From assembly GCA_044892525.1 (NCBI GenBank), contig CM097886.1:128092001-128156000 (forward strand): 64,000 nucleotides of DNA, in the 5' to 3' direction. The notes beneath the pieces were generated by a model. That model had not been told where the DNA came from. It worked only from the letters and a program-made list of their open reading frames with translations, and did no database searches. Made by a program: the position numbers and the translations under genes. The DNA comes from Schmidtea polychroa. Lineage: Eukaryota. The stretch's first letter is position 1; the number at the start of each line of letters is the position of its first letter. Shown piece after piece: positions 52,730-64,000 of this stretch.

Positions 52730-52900
52730 TTAATAATAAAAAAATGTTTTTTAGTTTTGTTGAGTTTTTAATTAAATAAATATTAACGTCGGAGTTTCAG
52801 ACTCCACATGTTCTGAAAAACAATTATTTATGTTGCGGCCCGCCGGCTCATAATACTAGTCTAATGCGGCCCGCAGGCCAGTTTGAGTTTGAAACCCCTG
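52517..52900 (+). mobile_element. Buster-type hAT MITE, copy 2
   Basis: Nearly identical to 50406-50763, with a different TSD (ATTTAGAG). Confidence 0.92.
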
Positions 52901-53589
52901 ATTTAGAGTATTAGTGGGATTATGACCCATTAGATATTTGACTTGAGAATATTTCTTTTTCAGAACCCCCATATAAAATATTTCTAATTTTACATTAAAA
53001 AAGCCTAAGTATAAGTAAAAAATAGAACTTACTGCTTTCAATATTTGAATTTTATGTTTTTCGTTGTAATTTTGAAATATTTTAATTATTTTTCTTAATT
53101 TTTCACTATTCATTTCAACGCGGTGTTGTATTATTTTAAAGTGGCTGAGTCGACAATTATTCTCATTTAAAACTTACTTTTTTTGTTAAATTTAGACTAT
53201 AAATTTTACTTAATCAGACAAAGTTTTCCTAACTACCGATTACAATTTAGTTAAAAATATTTTTGAACTCTAACACAATTTCTAACACTTAATTTATTTA
53301 AAAACATTTGAAAAAATACACTGAATAAATAACACTTTTAATAGGTTTTTGTACAGGATTTAATGTATAGAGTTTAATGCTTAGTGAATAGAAAGGGTTG
53401 CGTAGTGGATGAAGATATTTACTTAATGAATATAAGTCGATACTTGGTAGTCGGTACCTGATTGTTGGTATTTTGTTGATGGTACCTTGTTGTTAGTAAC
53501 TAGCTATTGGTACCTGATTGTAAGTACTTAATACTAACTATTATTATTATTGTTTTTCACAAAAATTTCTTTACTTTTTTAAAATTCGC

Positions 53590-54010
53590 AGTGAACGTCG
53601 ATTCTTCAAAACATGTTACCGTAAATTTTAAATTATTATTCTAATTTACTTATTTTCTTAATTTAAAAATATTACTTTACTTATTTAAAAATTATTACTT
53701 ATTTTAAAATTAATTTACTTTAATTTACTTGTTTTTTAATCATTACCCAAATTTCTCATAAGACATCGATTCTTCAAAATATGTTACCATAAATTTAACA
53801 TGGTAATTTCTCAATAGACATGAAATATTCAAAATAACATACCATAAATTTAATGTTTATTACTTATTTTGATTTATAACTTTAATTTATCCTATTATTT
53901 TTTAATTCTTACCGTAATTTCTCATTAGACCTTGATTCTCCAAAATATCATACCATACATTTTAAGTTATTACCCTAATTTCTCATAAGTCAATGAATTT
54001 TCTAAATATA
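53590..54010. repeat. Degenerate minisatellite
   Basis: Recurring AATTTCTCA..AGAC..GATTCTTCAAAA..GTTACC.TAAATTT units. Confidence 0.45.
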
Positions 54011-54974
54011 TAACTAAAACTTTATGTAAAAAATCTTGGGACCAAAAAATACTTCGACTGTTGCTTGATAAAGGCTGCCCTTAAAATTTGCGAATATCCT
54101 GAAGAATTTTACTGAACTATTAGGATTTCGAAATACAACAATAATGATTTCAAAATTTTCTTAACTTCTGATGGTAGTAAATAATGGCCTCCACTTATCA
54201 TTGTCCCAATCAGAACCGCCCTAAATCGTTATCTCAACTCATCAAATCACATGTAAAACAAAACAAAACAAAATAAATAAAATATGCAAATATTAGTCAA
54301 ACAATAATTAAACTTCCTTTGAGTCGATTAGGATTAAAACAAAGCTAGGAATTATCGCTTTGCAATTCAGATTATTCCCGTGCAACAAAAACTCAACAAA
54401 ATCTATTGAGAAAAAGCTTTTTCAATTTTTCATAGAGATTTGAAATATGATTAAAAAATTTAATTTCAATTTTTTTAAACTTCGATGGAAATAAAAATAT
54501 CTATGAAAATTTTTATCAAAAGAATCCAATGGAAAACTATCGACGAGTCTAGCCGAAATTGACATAAATTTGTTAAATCTCGTCTTTGATATTTCCACAG
54601 ATTACAGTTATAAAATTGTAAGACATGTTAAATTAAATTAAAATTATTATTATTATTATTAATAATTTATATTAATAATGATAATTGTAAGGCGAAATGA
54701 TAATATTTCATAATAAATAAATGACCTAGCTAAGTCATTATGATCTTGATTTATGATGACTGATGTGAGAATATTTGTGTATGCATTGACAAAAGTATGT
54801 ATGCATATGTATGATTGGTCTGTATCAATAACTCTAAATATATGTATTCCCTATTTAAAATATGCAATTGGAATACGTAAGAATAGTGTTACTATTGTAG
54901 ATTTGGACTGGAGTAAATATTTGAATCTAATCTAGTCTTCTAATAACAACAATACCAATAATAAAAATAATAAT

Positions 54975-55030
<56 letters not shown>

Positions 55031-56065
55031 TTGATATCTAAGTTAATTTTCATTTTTAAAAATTTTATTTCGATTTTTTTATTTTTAAACATCTCTAAAA
55101 AATTCAAAAAAAAATTCAACAAATTCGGACTTTGTCAATTTCCGAAATTATGTAGTAATATTACATTTTAAAAACTTTTAAAAATTTACAATTTATGATT
55201 TTTTGTTGCTGTATTAGGCATTGTAGGATGCCCAGCAATATCTGAGGAAATATTAAATTAATTTTAACTTTAAAATAAATCTATCGATGATATCTCCTTA
55301 TTTTTACAGAAATTACATTTTTTCGCAATCTTTTTTATAAAAATTGTTTAAAATAAAGTTGTTATAGTAGTGTATCTCATTGCCTAATAAATATATATTA
55401 TAAGTTTGCATGCATTTTTAAGTATGTACCGTGTTTGTGTGCAGTATTAAATTTTTCTATCCCTTTTTCAATTTCTATGGAGTAGAGTGTATCTCATTGC
55501 ACTTGCAAAGAATAACATCAGAGTGAGTAGATATATATCTTGTATTTCAAACCAGGAACTCCATCCTTAAAAAATTAACAATATTAGACCACATATTAAA
55601 TAATGAAATAATATAAAACTTATAAATAATAATATTATTATGCATTAATAGAAATAAAAGTAGTCACAAACATTTCGATTTAAAAACAAATGACAATATA
55701 ATGTATACATGTGGATAAAAGCAGTTATAAACATTTAAATTAAAAAAAATACAATATAAAAAATGCACAGAACACATCGATGAGAATGCATTTTAATTAA
55801 TAGGTTTCACTTCTATTTTTTAAACATTTTACCAGTATTAAGTTTCTGCAAGAGTAGTTTGTTTTTAAGTAGATAATCATACATTTGGCAACAACTGAAA
55901 TCATAGTTTTCAATGCACTGTAGAATACTTTCAACAGTATCCACTGAAAGTTTATCTTTTTCGTCTGTTCATTAAACCTCCATTAACGAAAATATAGTCT
56001 CCGCATTATCATTATACCATGGCATGAAGAAAATATACTCACACATGTGATATAAATCTTTATAG

Positions 56066-56747
56066 CAGTGGTTCTCAACCTTTTAAAAATGTTGTACTGG
56101 TATGTAGTAGACAATATGATGGCGTACCTGTAAATAAATATTTTTGTAAAATACCAGTCCTAAAAAGCGGGTGCAGTCCTAAAAGAAAAGGGACAAGACT
56201 GTAAACAAAAAAAACAATAAAGTTCAAAATCATGAAATATTTATTGAGAGTATTTACATATACTTACATATTTAACTTACGCTATTTTGTGCAATACTCG
56301 ATATTTGTTGCGTACGAGTTGTACCATTATACCCTTGGTTACCATTGTAATTATAAGCAATTGTAATCTTCCTTAAACACGAATAGATACATACAAGCTG
56401 ATGCAAATTACCCCTCAGAGCTGTTATAGCGCGAAAAAGTGTGCGATACGACTAAAGTCGAATACTAAACATGTAAGAACATGATTCACGCGCGTTAATC
56501 GTCGGAGACATGAACTTTGTTCGGCTTTTTGTTGTTAAGAAATGACAGCTCTGCCTCTGTTTCATGATTATGCGTCACGTTGTTACCAACCACTATAGAA
56601 GGGGAAAGTTCGGATTGAAAAAAGACAGACAATAAGTTTTGGTTTGATGATTTATAAAATACTGGTTTCCTTTTTATTTATCACATACCGGTAGCTCGAC
56701 ATTAGGGTGCCAGGACCGGTACGAGTAACACAGGTTGGGAATTATTG
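56066..56747. mobile_element. Non-autonomous Buster-type hAT element
   Basis: CAGTGGTTCTCAACC...GGTTGGGAATTATTG. Exact TSD CTTTATAG. Confidence 0.88.
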
Positions 56748-58329
56748 CTTTATAGTGCTCGAGAAATTCCATTATATTTTTTCAAATTATAGCTATCCAT
56801 TATTCTGAACTTAGTTTTTTATTCCACTTTGAAAATAGTAATTCACTTCATGTGCCAACCCGGCGTTTCAAACTGCATGAAAATTTAGTATTCACCTAAA
56901 TAACGACAGTCAACGTGTAACAAATGTAACAAATTGGTAAAATAAAAATGTGTCATTTATTACAATGTTTTTCGTTTTCAACTGTTTTTTAACATCTGCC
57001 CAATTCTGGTATTTTTCCAACCTCATCCAGGAAAACAATTAAATATTTTTTTAACAGCGAATTTTGAAATTATTCCGTTTTCTATGTAGGTATTTAAAAT
57101 AGAATCTGCGATTTTACTATTAATAGAGTGGCATAGTTATGTGAAAACAATAAATAACATTACAATAAATACATTACAAAGATTAGCCACAGAAACTCTT
57201 TTAATCAAAAAACATAAACCCTCCATCAACATTCAACTAAATTAAAAAAAAATCTCAGGGACATTTATTTAAATTAAAAATTTTTTTAAAAAATTGAAAT
57301 TATAAAATAAAATATAAAAAATAATATAGGAAATATCTAAAATCTTAATACCATTTAAAATTTAAAATATAATTAAAAATTAAAATCAACCAATAAATTT
57401 AATATAAAATACAAAATAAATTCTCTCCAACAATAAGTTGTAAATTTAAATAATGATCAAATTCACTTGAAAAAGGCAGTGCCGAAAATTCGTGAATATC
57501 AAAAACATCGATTGACTAATTCATAGGCTTCAAGCTTTTTAATAAATACAATAAATAACAGTTTTAAAAATTTTGATTTTATGAGCTGGACGGTAATAAA
57601 ATGCCGCCCTTATAGATAAAAATATTTTTAGCCGACAAGGAAATTTGGTTATTTTCTTAGAATCGGTAAAAGTCGAAGTTACACAAGATATTCGAAATGA
57701 TATATATTAAAATTAATTTATAAAAAAAACTGGATATATTATCAATAAATATTATATCACCTAGAAATTTTATAGTCGACTTTTCTCCCTCTCCTATTTT
57801 TAAAAAAATATGTGAATGAAGCGCTAAAATTACTATAAAGAAACCAGAGGTAAACTTTACAGTGTTTGCAAAAGGCTTCGTATTCAGTTTTGACTTTTTA
57901 ATGAACCAAATTTCTCTTCGGTATTTTTACGACAAGACTAAAATATAATGAAATAGTATTTTATAAACTTTAGATATATTAATAACTGTTATAACAATAA
58001 ATGCTGCTAGCAAGAAATCATCACTTTATAATAATTGTTATAGTTAAACAATTAGATGATAATTTAAGCCTTTTGCTGCGAAGTATATTGTTTAACATTA
58101 AATTAATGACTCTACCAAGAAATCATCACTTTAAACCAGTAATCGGCAGACTTTTTTTATGGCGGCACATAAATTATATTTTCATATTTTTTATTTTTAA
58201 TTAATTAAATATTACATAAATATCACATTTCAACGAGAAGGATGTGATTGTTTTGACAAATTTAATTTATCCTTGTTTAAATTTTTGACAAACAGACTCG
58301 CATTTCACCATTCAAAGTATTGATGGCTT

Positions 58330-59400
58330 TTAAGGTAAAATAAAATTGTGGTTAGATCAAAAAACAAAACTCGGAGAGTTCCTTCTCCATAAAACCAGCT
58401 TTAATATTGAAATCGTTTCTTAATTCAATTAACTCTTTCTTTCATACCAAAACCATTTTTCGGACTAAAAACAAATGGACTTGTGGCATATTCGATTTCA
58501 GAGATATTCAAATCTGGAAAATACTTTTTCTAAATTTTCTGATAAATTCCTGAGTGTAGGTTTAATGTTTTCATTCATTTACAAATTAGTTTCAATTTTG
58601 ACCTTCAGAGATCCATAAATTTAATTTCTGTTCGAAGGACGTCAGCTTCACAGAGATAGTAACAAAATTTTCCTTGGAACTTTGTAAACTTAAATTCAAT
58701 TCCTTGAGTTTATCCTTAATGTCACATAAAGATGATACTTCAATCCACCAATAATCATATTATAGAAATGTAAAATCATATGGGACTTCACAGTCGAAAT
58801 AAAAAATAACTTCAGATTTTAAAGCAACAAATCTATTCAGTACTTTGGTTTTATGAAAGCTAACGAACTTCAATGTGATATAAAAGACCTTCGTACTCGG
58901 CATCCTTTGCCTCGCACAATAATCGAAAAAATCCTGTATGAAATATATATAAAATTCCCAACTTTAACCACTTTATTCATTGTGACGATCAGCCTGTCTG
59001 GCAGTGCTTTTGAAACTAAAGCCTCTTTATAGATCATTTTAATATTCCTTTTATTTCCCAATAGTTTATACAAGCTCCTTATACAAGACCTTTGTTGCTT
59101 ATGTCTGTACCTTCGTCAATTTGTATCGACCATAATATTTACAATAAATCTTTAGAAGAGTAATTATTTCGAATCTGATCTTTTAAGTTATACGAAAGGT
59201 TTTGAATTCTTCTAGAAATCTTTCTCGCAAAAAGTTGAATTTCCTTTGAAAGCCTGTGAGTCCATCATGACTTTATCAACAATATTTAAAGCTGGGCCAT
59301 TAGTTTTCACCATCAGTGTGGGGTTTCTTGTGTTTGGCTAAAAGTTGTGCCATTTTGTAACTCACTATTTGTGCTTTTTCTGGAACTTAACAAATTGTTT
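58330..59400 (-). pseudogene. Heavily decayed Buster-like hAT transposase
   Basis: YKEALVSKALPDRL..VVKVGNFI and LCDIKDKLKELNLSLQ...FEQKLNLW. Boundaries approximate. Confidence 0.6.
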
Positions 59401-62400
59401 TGAACTTCTTCTTTTTATGATTGTGACCTAGAATAGCCACGTATACGACCCCAGCATGTACCTTTTAGTGAACCCGCTTACATGATTACGAAATGATTAC
59501 GGTAGAAAATCGAGGTAAAAAATCGACACAAAATCATAGATGATAACAAAGTACAATGAATGCGATTTTCTTACTAAATTTTCTCTTTTGTTTTTTATCT
59601 GAAAGTTTTTTAAATCAATCCAAATTTTCAGCGATCTTTTTTTCCCGAAATTGTGTGACATAAAATTATTATAGAAATGTATCTCAGCGTCGTGTTTCTA
59701 TTTATTGAAAGTTTGTATGTGTTTTTTAGTATGTGTTGTGTTCGTGTGCAGTATTTAATTTTTCTCTCAATTTTTCGATTTTTATAGTGTAAAGCGTGTC
59801 TCATTGCACAATCAATGAGAACATCAGCGTGACATCAAAGTGAGTCTGTATGTTTGTATAATATAAGATTATTGATTTTTTTCTTATATTATATAAAGCG
59901 TATTTCTACGGTTTCTGGTGTATTATTTAAGTTTTTAAACAATCAACATGGTTTTTCATTATAATTCTCTTTCAAATGTTTTTAATTCATATAAATTCTT
60001 TTATTAATATTTTTATTATTATAAAACAAACAATAATAAATTTATTGCCGCGAATGGGTTAATAAATAAGAATTGTCAAATAAGCTGAAATTTTCTCCAC
60101 CCCCTTTGAGCTATTGTTTGGGAATTCCCATGCAAACAAATTTGACAGTTGGCATCATCTCGTCGTTGGTAACCAGATTTCAATAATTTCCCCTTTCTTC
60201 ATCAGTGTTTAAAGGGAATTTCACTGAATTTATTTCTGCCAGCGAGAAATCTTTACTTGAATTTTCAATGACATAAATAATTCCCAGGCGTTCCGGGGGG
60301 TGACATCGTCTTAGACAGGACAATTCAAATAACAGTTTCAGATATTCATGAGATTCCTTATAGATTGTGAAAAATATTTAATTTTAATTTTATTGTTATT
60401 ATTGTTATAAGGATATGAAAAAATATGAATTAGAAAATATCGAAAAAAATTTCCAACCCCATTATTATTAGGTTGTTTTAATAGCAGATTAATATTAATA
60501 TTATCAGAGGTGAGACTGAATGCTTTGGTGGTAAGGACAGTAAATAAAAGTGTCCCCTATCAAAACTTGTATCTTTATCTATATCTATTTTCCAATTCAG
60601 TCTGTTATAAATAGGGTTGCCAAACATCCCAATAAACGCTATTTTTTCATTTACTACCTTTGACAACCAAATCCCTCTGCAACAGTTGCATTTAATTATA
60701 CGTTGGTGAGTTTTGCTAATATTGGTTGTTACTATAACTATAATAGTTTAAAGCAGTGATCTATGCACGAAGAAACTACGTTAAGTTCTCATGAAAATGA
60801 CGAAATATCACCGTAAGATCTACTTTTAAGTTAAAATTAAGTGTATTATTCCTTAGAATTTCAGATATTTCTATCAAAACTTTTCTATATTTTCTTTACA
60901 TTTCGATTAATGGCATGGATCTTATGTAGTGTATGCTGTACCCGCCTTTTTTTCAATCTCGGAATTATCCGGAACCGTGTATTTTTTTCAAATATTAAAA
61001 AGTTTGCATTTTTAAGGCATTCATTATTTATATTAAAAAAACAACATATAATATCAATAAAAACTAATTATAAGAACTTTCTCAAATTTCACCATTGATT
61101 TCGTTTCAATTGACATTGTATTTATTAAAAAGCTTGACCATAGTCAATTAGTAAATATATCGATTTTTTTGACATTCCCTAATTTTTGGCACTGCCTTTT
61201 TCAAGTGAACAGTTTTAATGACTACAGCCTCCAATTTTTAAAAAAACACAATATATCAATTGATTGGTCAGATAGTTCTTTTGTGACAATTGTGCGGAAA
61301 GTGATTTCTAATTTAATTTTTCATATAATTTTACAGGGGTATTTAGGCCTATCAATGCTAGTTTAATACAGGATTTCAACAAAAAATGCGCGTAAATATT
61401 GGAGCAATAATATTCGACCTCAAATGAAAATTCAACATGAGATTGAATTCTTTTCTATGTTAGTTTTTTAATATTTTTTCAAGCACACTTTACCATTTTG
61501 CGGGACATTGTTCAGATCTGTCTTAAAATATTTCTGTTCTTACAAAATGATTTTAGTAATTCGAGGTAATTCCATATCAGCTTCCTCTACTACTTGCAAG
61601 GATTCATCATCATCACAGCTTTCTAAGTTTAAATCATCATCAGATTCTTCGTTTGTACCGGGGTTTGAAATTTCTTTAGTAAATAATGTCACAAACTGCA
61701 CAAGACACTTCCTAAATGTATGCAAAAATTTGATATTTTATCTAAAATGAAAAATTTCAGCAAATTTAATTACTTTTTAATCCCGAGTTCTAAAATGTTA
61801 AATCCCTTAACGAGATGACCTAATTTGAACTTTCCATAATCAAGCCACAAGTGTCGAAAAACACACTTATCTACCTTATGGTACTTCTATTTCATGTACC
61901 ACTGGCGTCAAATCTGTGTCCATAAAGTTTTGACTGGTCCATTAAAACAAAGTTCAATAATTACATGGGGAAATTGCTATTTGGTGCCAAACATTGCTGC
62001 CAACCTCATGTTTGATAAAAGTGTTTTTACATCAGTATATATCCACATTTTAACTATTTTTTGCGTAGGCATTACTATTTTCATGAAAACGTTTTAATTT
62101 ATGATGAAAATAGTATTTCTCATAAAGTTCCTTGAAAAGATAAAAACCTTGCAGCATAAATCATTTCCAATAATTTCTAAAAATCTTTGATAAAACTTTA
62201 AAAGCAGACATTTTATTTTTAATTTTATAAACTAAATTATGCTCACAAATATTACACATTCTGTCAAGTGGCAATTTTCTTGAACTGGATTCCTTCAATG
62301 TAAATATGATGACGAGCCTAGGAGAATGTTCACTCGAAATTTGTTTTATAAATCAATCAACTGAAGAATTAACCAGAATAGCCAGTCCAAGTTGAATATG

Positions 62401-62508
62401 TATTTAAATGGATTCCATTGGTTGAGTTACCATATGTTGGCGCGATGCAGTTACATTTTTGTTTGATATTTCATATCATAGGCTAATTTTAGTGGAAAGT
62501 TTTGTACA

Positions 62509-63003
62509 TACGGTTGTCACCTCTCCGGGTTTCAGTGAGTTATCTCCGGGTTCCGGGTTTAACTATTATTTATCCGGACGACGTAAGTAAAATTGAATAT
62601 GCACAAAATTATGTCAACTGCATCTAGCGGCAGCCGTTACAACTAACACTTTCGCGCCAAAACTTCGCTACTGCGGAGACGATTGACGCACACATTCTGA
62701 TGCACCGTTCATATTAGCACGACGCGCGAAAGCACTTGAATAGAAAATCTTTTTTGTGTCTGTTCAGTCAGTGCTACATTGATTATAGTCTAGTCTAGTT
62801 TGATAATTCGTGTTCCGTGTTGGTTGATGATAAATGGTAAGTTATATTGATAGTTACTTTACACGTATTTAAATTGATGCTGATTTTAATAGGCTGATAG
62901 AAATTCTATTCCTTTAATTATAGTGCAGAGACTAGGATTACCACCTTTCTGGGTTTCAGTGAGTTATCTCCAGGTGAGACCTAGATCTGAGGTGGCAACC
63001 CTA
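62509..63003. mobile_element. hAT MITE with TAGGGTTGCCAC-type TIRs
   Basis: TACGGTTGTCACC...GGTGGCAACCCTA. Exact TSD TTTGTACA at 62501-62508 and 63004-63011. Confidence 0.85.
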
Positions 63004-64000
63004 TTTGTACACCTACAACTGTGAATACTACCAGAAGTGACGAGAGGAGTTTTGGGATAAAATAAACTGCACGGAAATGTTTTCTCGTCCTTTTGTATGA
63101 TAGAATAAAGAATTTTGGGAAATCATATCTTTTCAAATGTATTTTTTATTTAAATATAGATTAAGTTTAATTAATTAAATATAACGTTAAATGAAATGAA
63201 ATAATTAAAGATATGTTTTTGAAGTAATTTAGTGATGCTGTCATCAAAGACAATCAACACTATTAGAAGCTGCTAACACATCTTCTAAATTATTTTATAA
63301 ATCCGGTTCAAAAGTTAACGTCATAATTATAAATATTTACTGAATGAAATATTGTAAAATTTCCAAACAAATTTTCAGCGTTGAATAAAATATTTTAAAA
63401 ACCATTTATTAAAATTTCGAAATTTAAAATATATTTATTTAAAAATGACTTACTAATAAAAGCTTGTTTAATTTTTTAATTTAACAATTTAAAAATGTTT
63501 TTAAAAGTTATTTTAAATAGTCAAATATTTATCATTTAAAATTATCTTAATAAATTATTGAAATATTTAATTCTCAGCTGAAAACACCTCACAAACACTA
63601 AGGAAGAAATCAGTAAAATCACCAGTCTAATCTTTTTCCATTTTAAAATTAAAAAAATTAGATCAAATTTAATTGAGCAAATATTTAAGAAACTTTAGGC
63701 GTAAAAATAAAAATAAAATTATGTTTAAATTTTGCATTACATATAGAAGGTTTTAAAGAAATCTTTTTATAAAATCTAGTTTTTATTAAGAAGTAAAAAT
63801 CTTTTATAGAACTATAAGAAAGTTCCACTCAAATTAATTATATCAAAATATTTTAAACTTTAAAAATTATTATTCAAATAATAAATTATTTTTAAAATTG
63901 TAGCAATTAAAATAATATTTTTTAAAATATTGAAATATAAAATTATCCAATTTAATAATTTAATAATTATTTAATTTAACAACAACAATCCATATTTATT

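Noticed and set aside
54050-54250. Candidate second exon of the KCNMB-like gene (WPPLIIV) or a Penelope RT fragment
   Set aside because: In-frame stops immediately upstream, and neither assignment is supportable.
60080-60690. Exon-like minus-strand frames, including ORF 60478-60666
   Set aside because: No recognisable domain, and the ORF overlaps a TAGGGTTGCCA hAT-type terminus near 60613, so it is probably TE-derived.
61540-62450. Possible pogo/Tigger DDE transposase remnant (acidic ORF 61540-61725, GPVKTLW)
   Set aside because: Motifs are too degraded to support a call by eye.

Overview
AT-rich eukaryotic (metazoan) genomic DNA with spliceosomal introns, many of them short (44-67 bp), and three N gaps. 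It is not prokaryotic. A lophotrochozoan or flatworm-like origin is only a guess from the LC8 and BK-beta-like proteins. Six host coding regions are supported: an intronless 828-aa multi-Cys/His (zinc-finger-like) ORF, a multi-exon PLEKHG1/2/3-like DH-PH RhoGEF, MRPS5, dynein light chain LC8, a MED9-like gene, and the first coding exon of a KCNMB/TipE-type channel auxiliary subunit. Much of the rest is nested transposon debris. This includes Buster-type hAT elements and MITEs with exact 8-bp TSDs, TTAA piggyBac-type MITEs, solo LTRs with 4-bp TSDs, Ty3/Gypsy gag and pol remnants, and an inverted Penelope 3' end carrying a degenerate hammerhead-ribozyme-like motif. No wholly new biological system could be demonstrated. 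The best leads are the orphan zinc-finger ORF, the Penelope/hammerhead inverted structure, and a gag-only unit bounded by 61-bp direct repeats next to MED9. All assignments were made by eye, without database searches.
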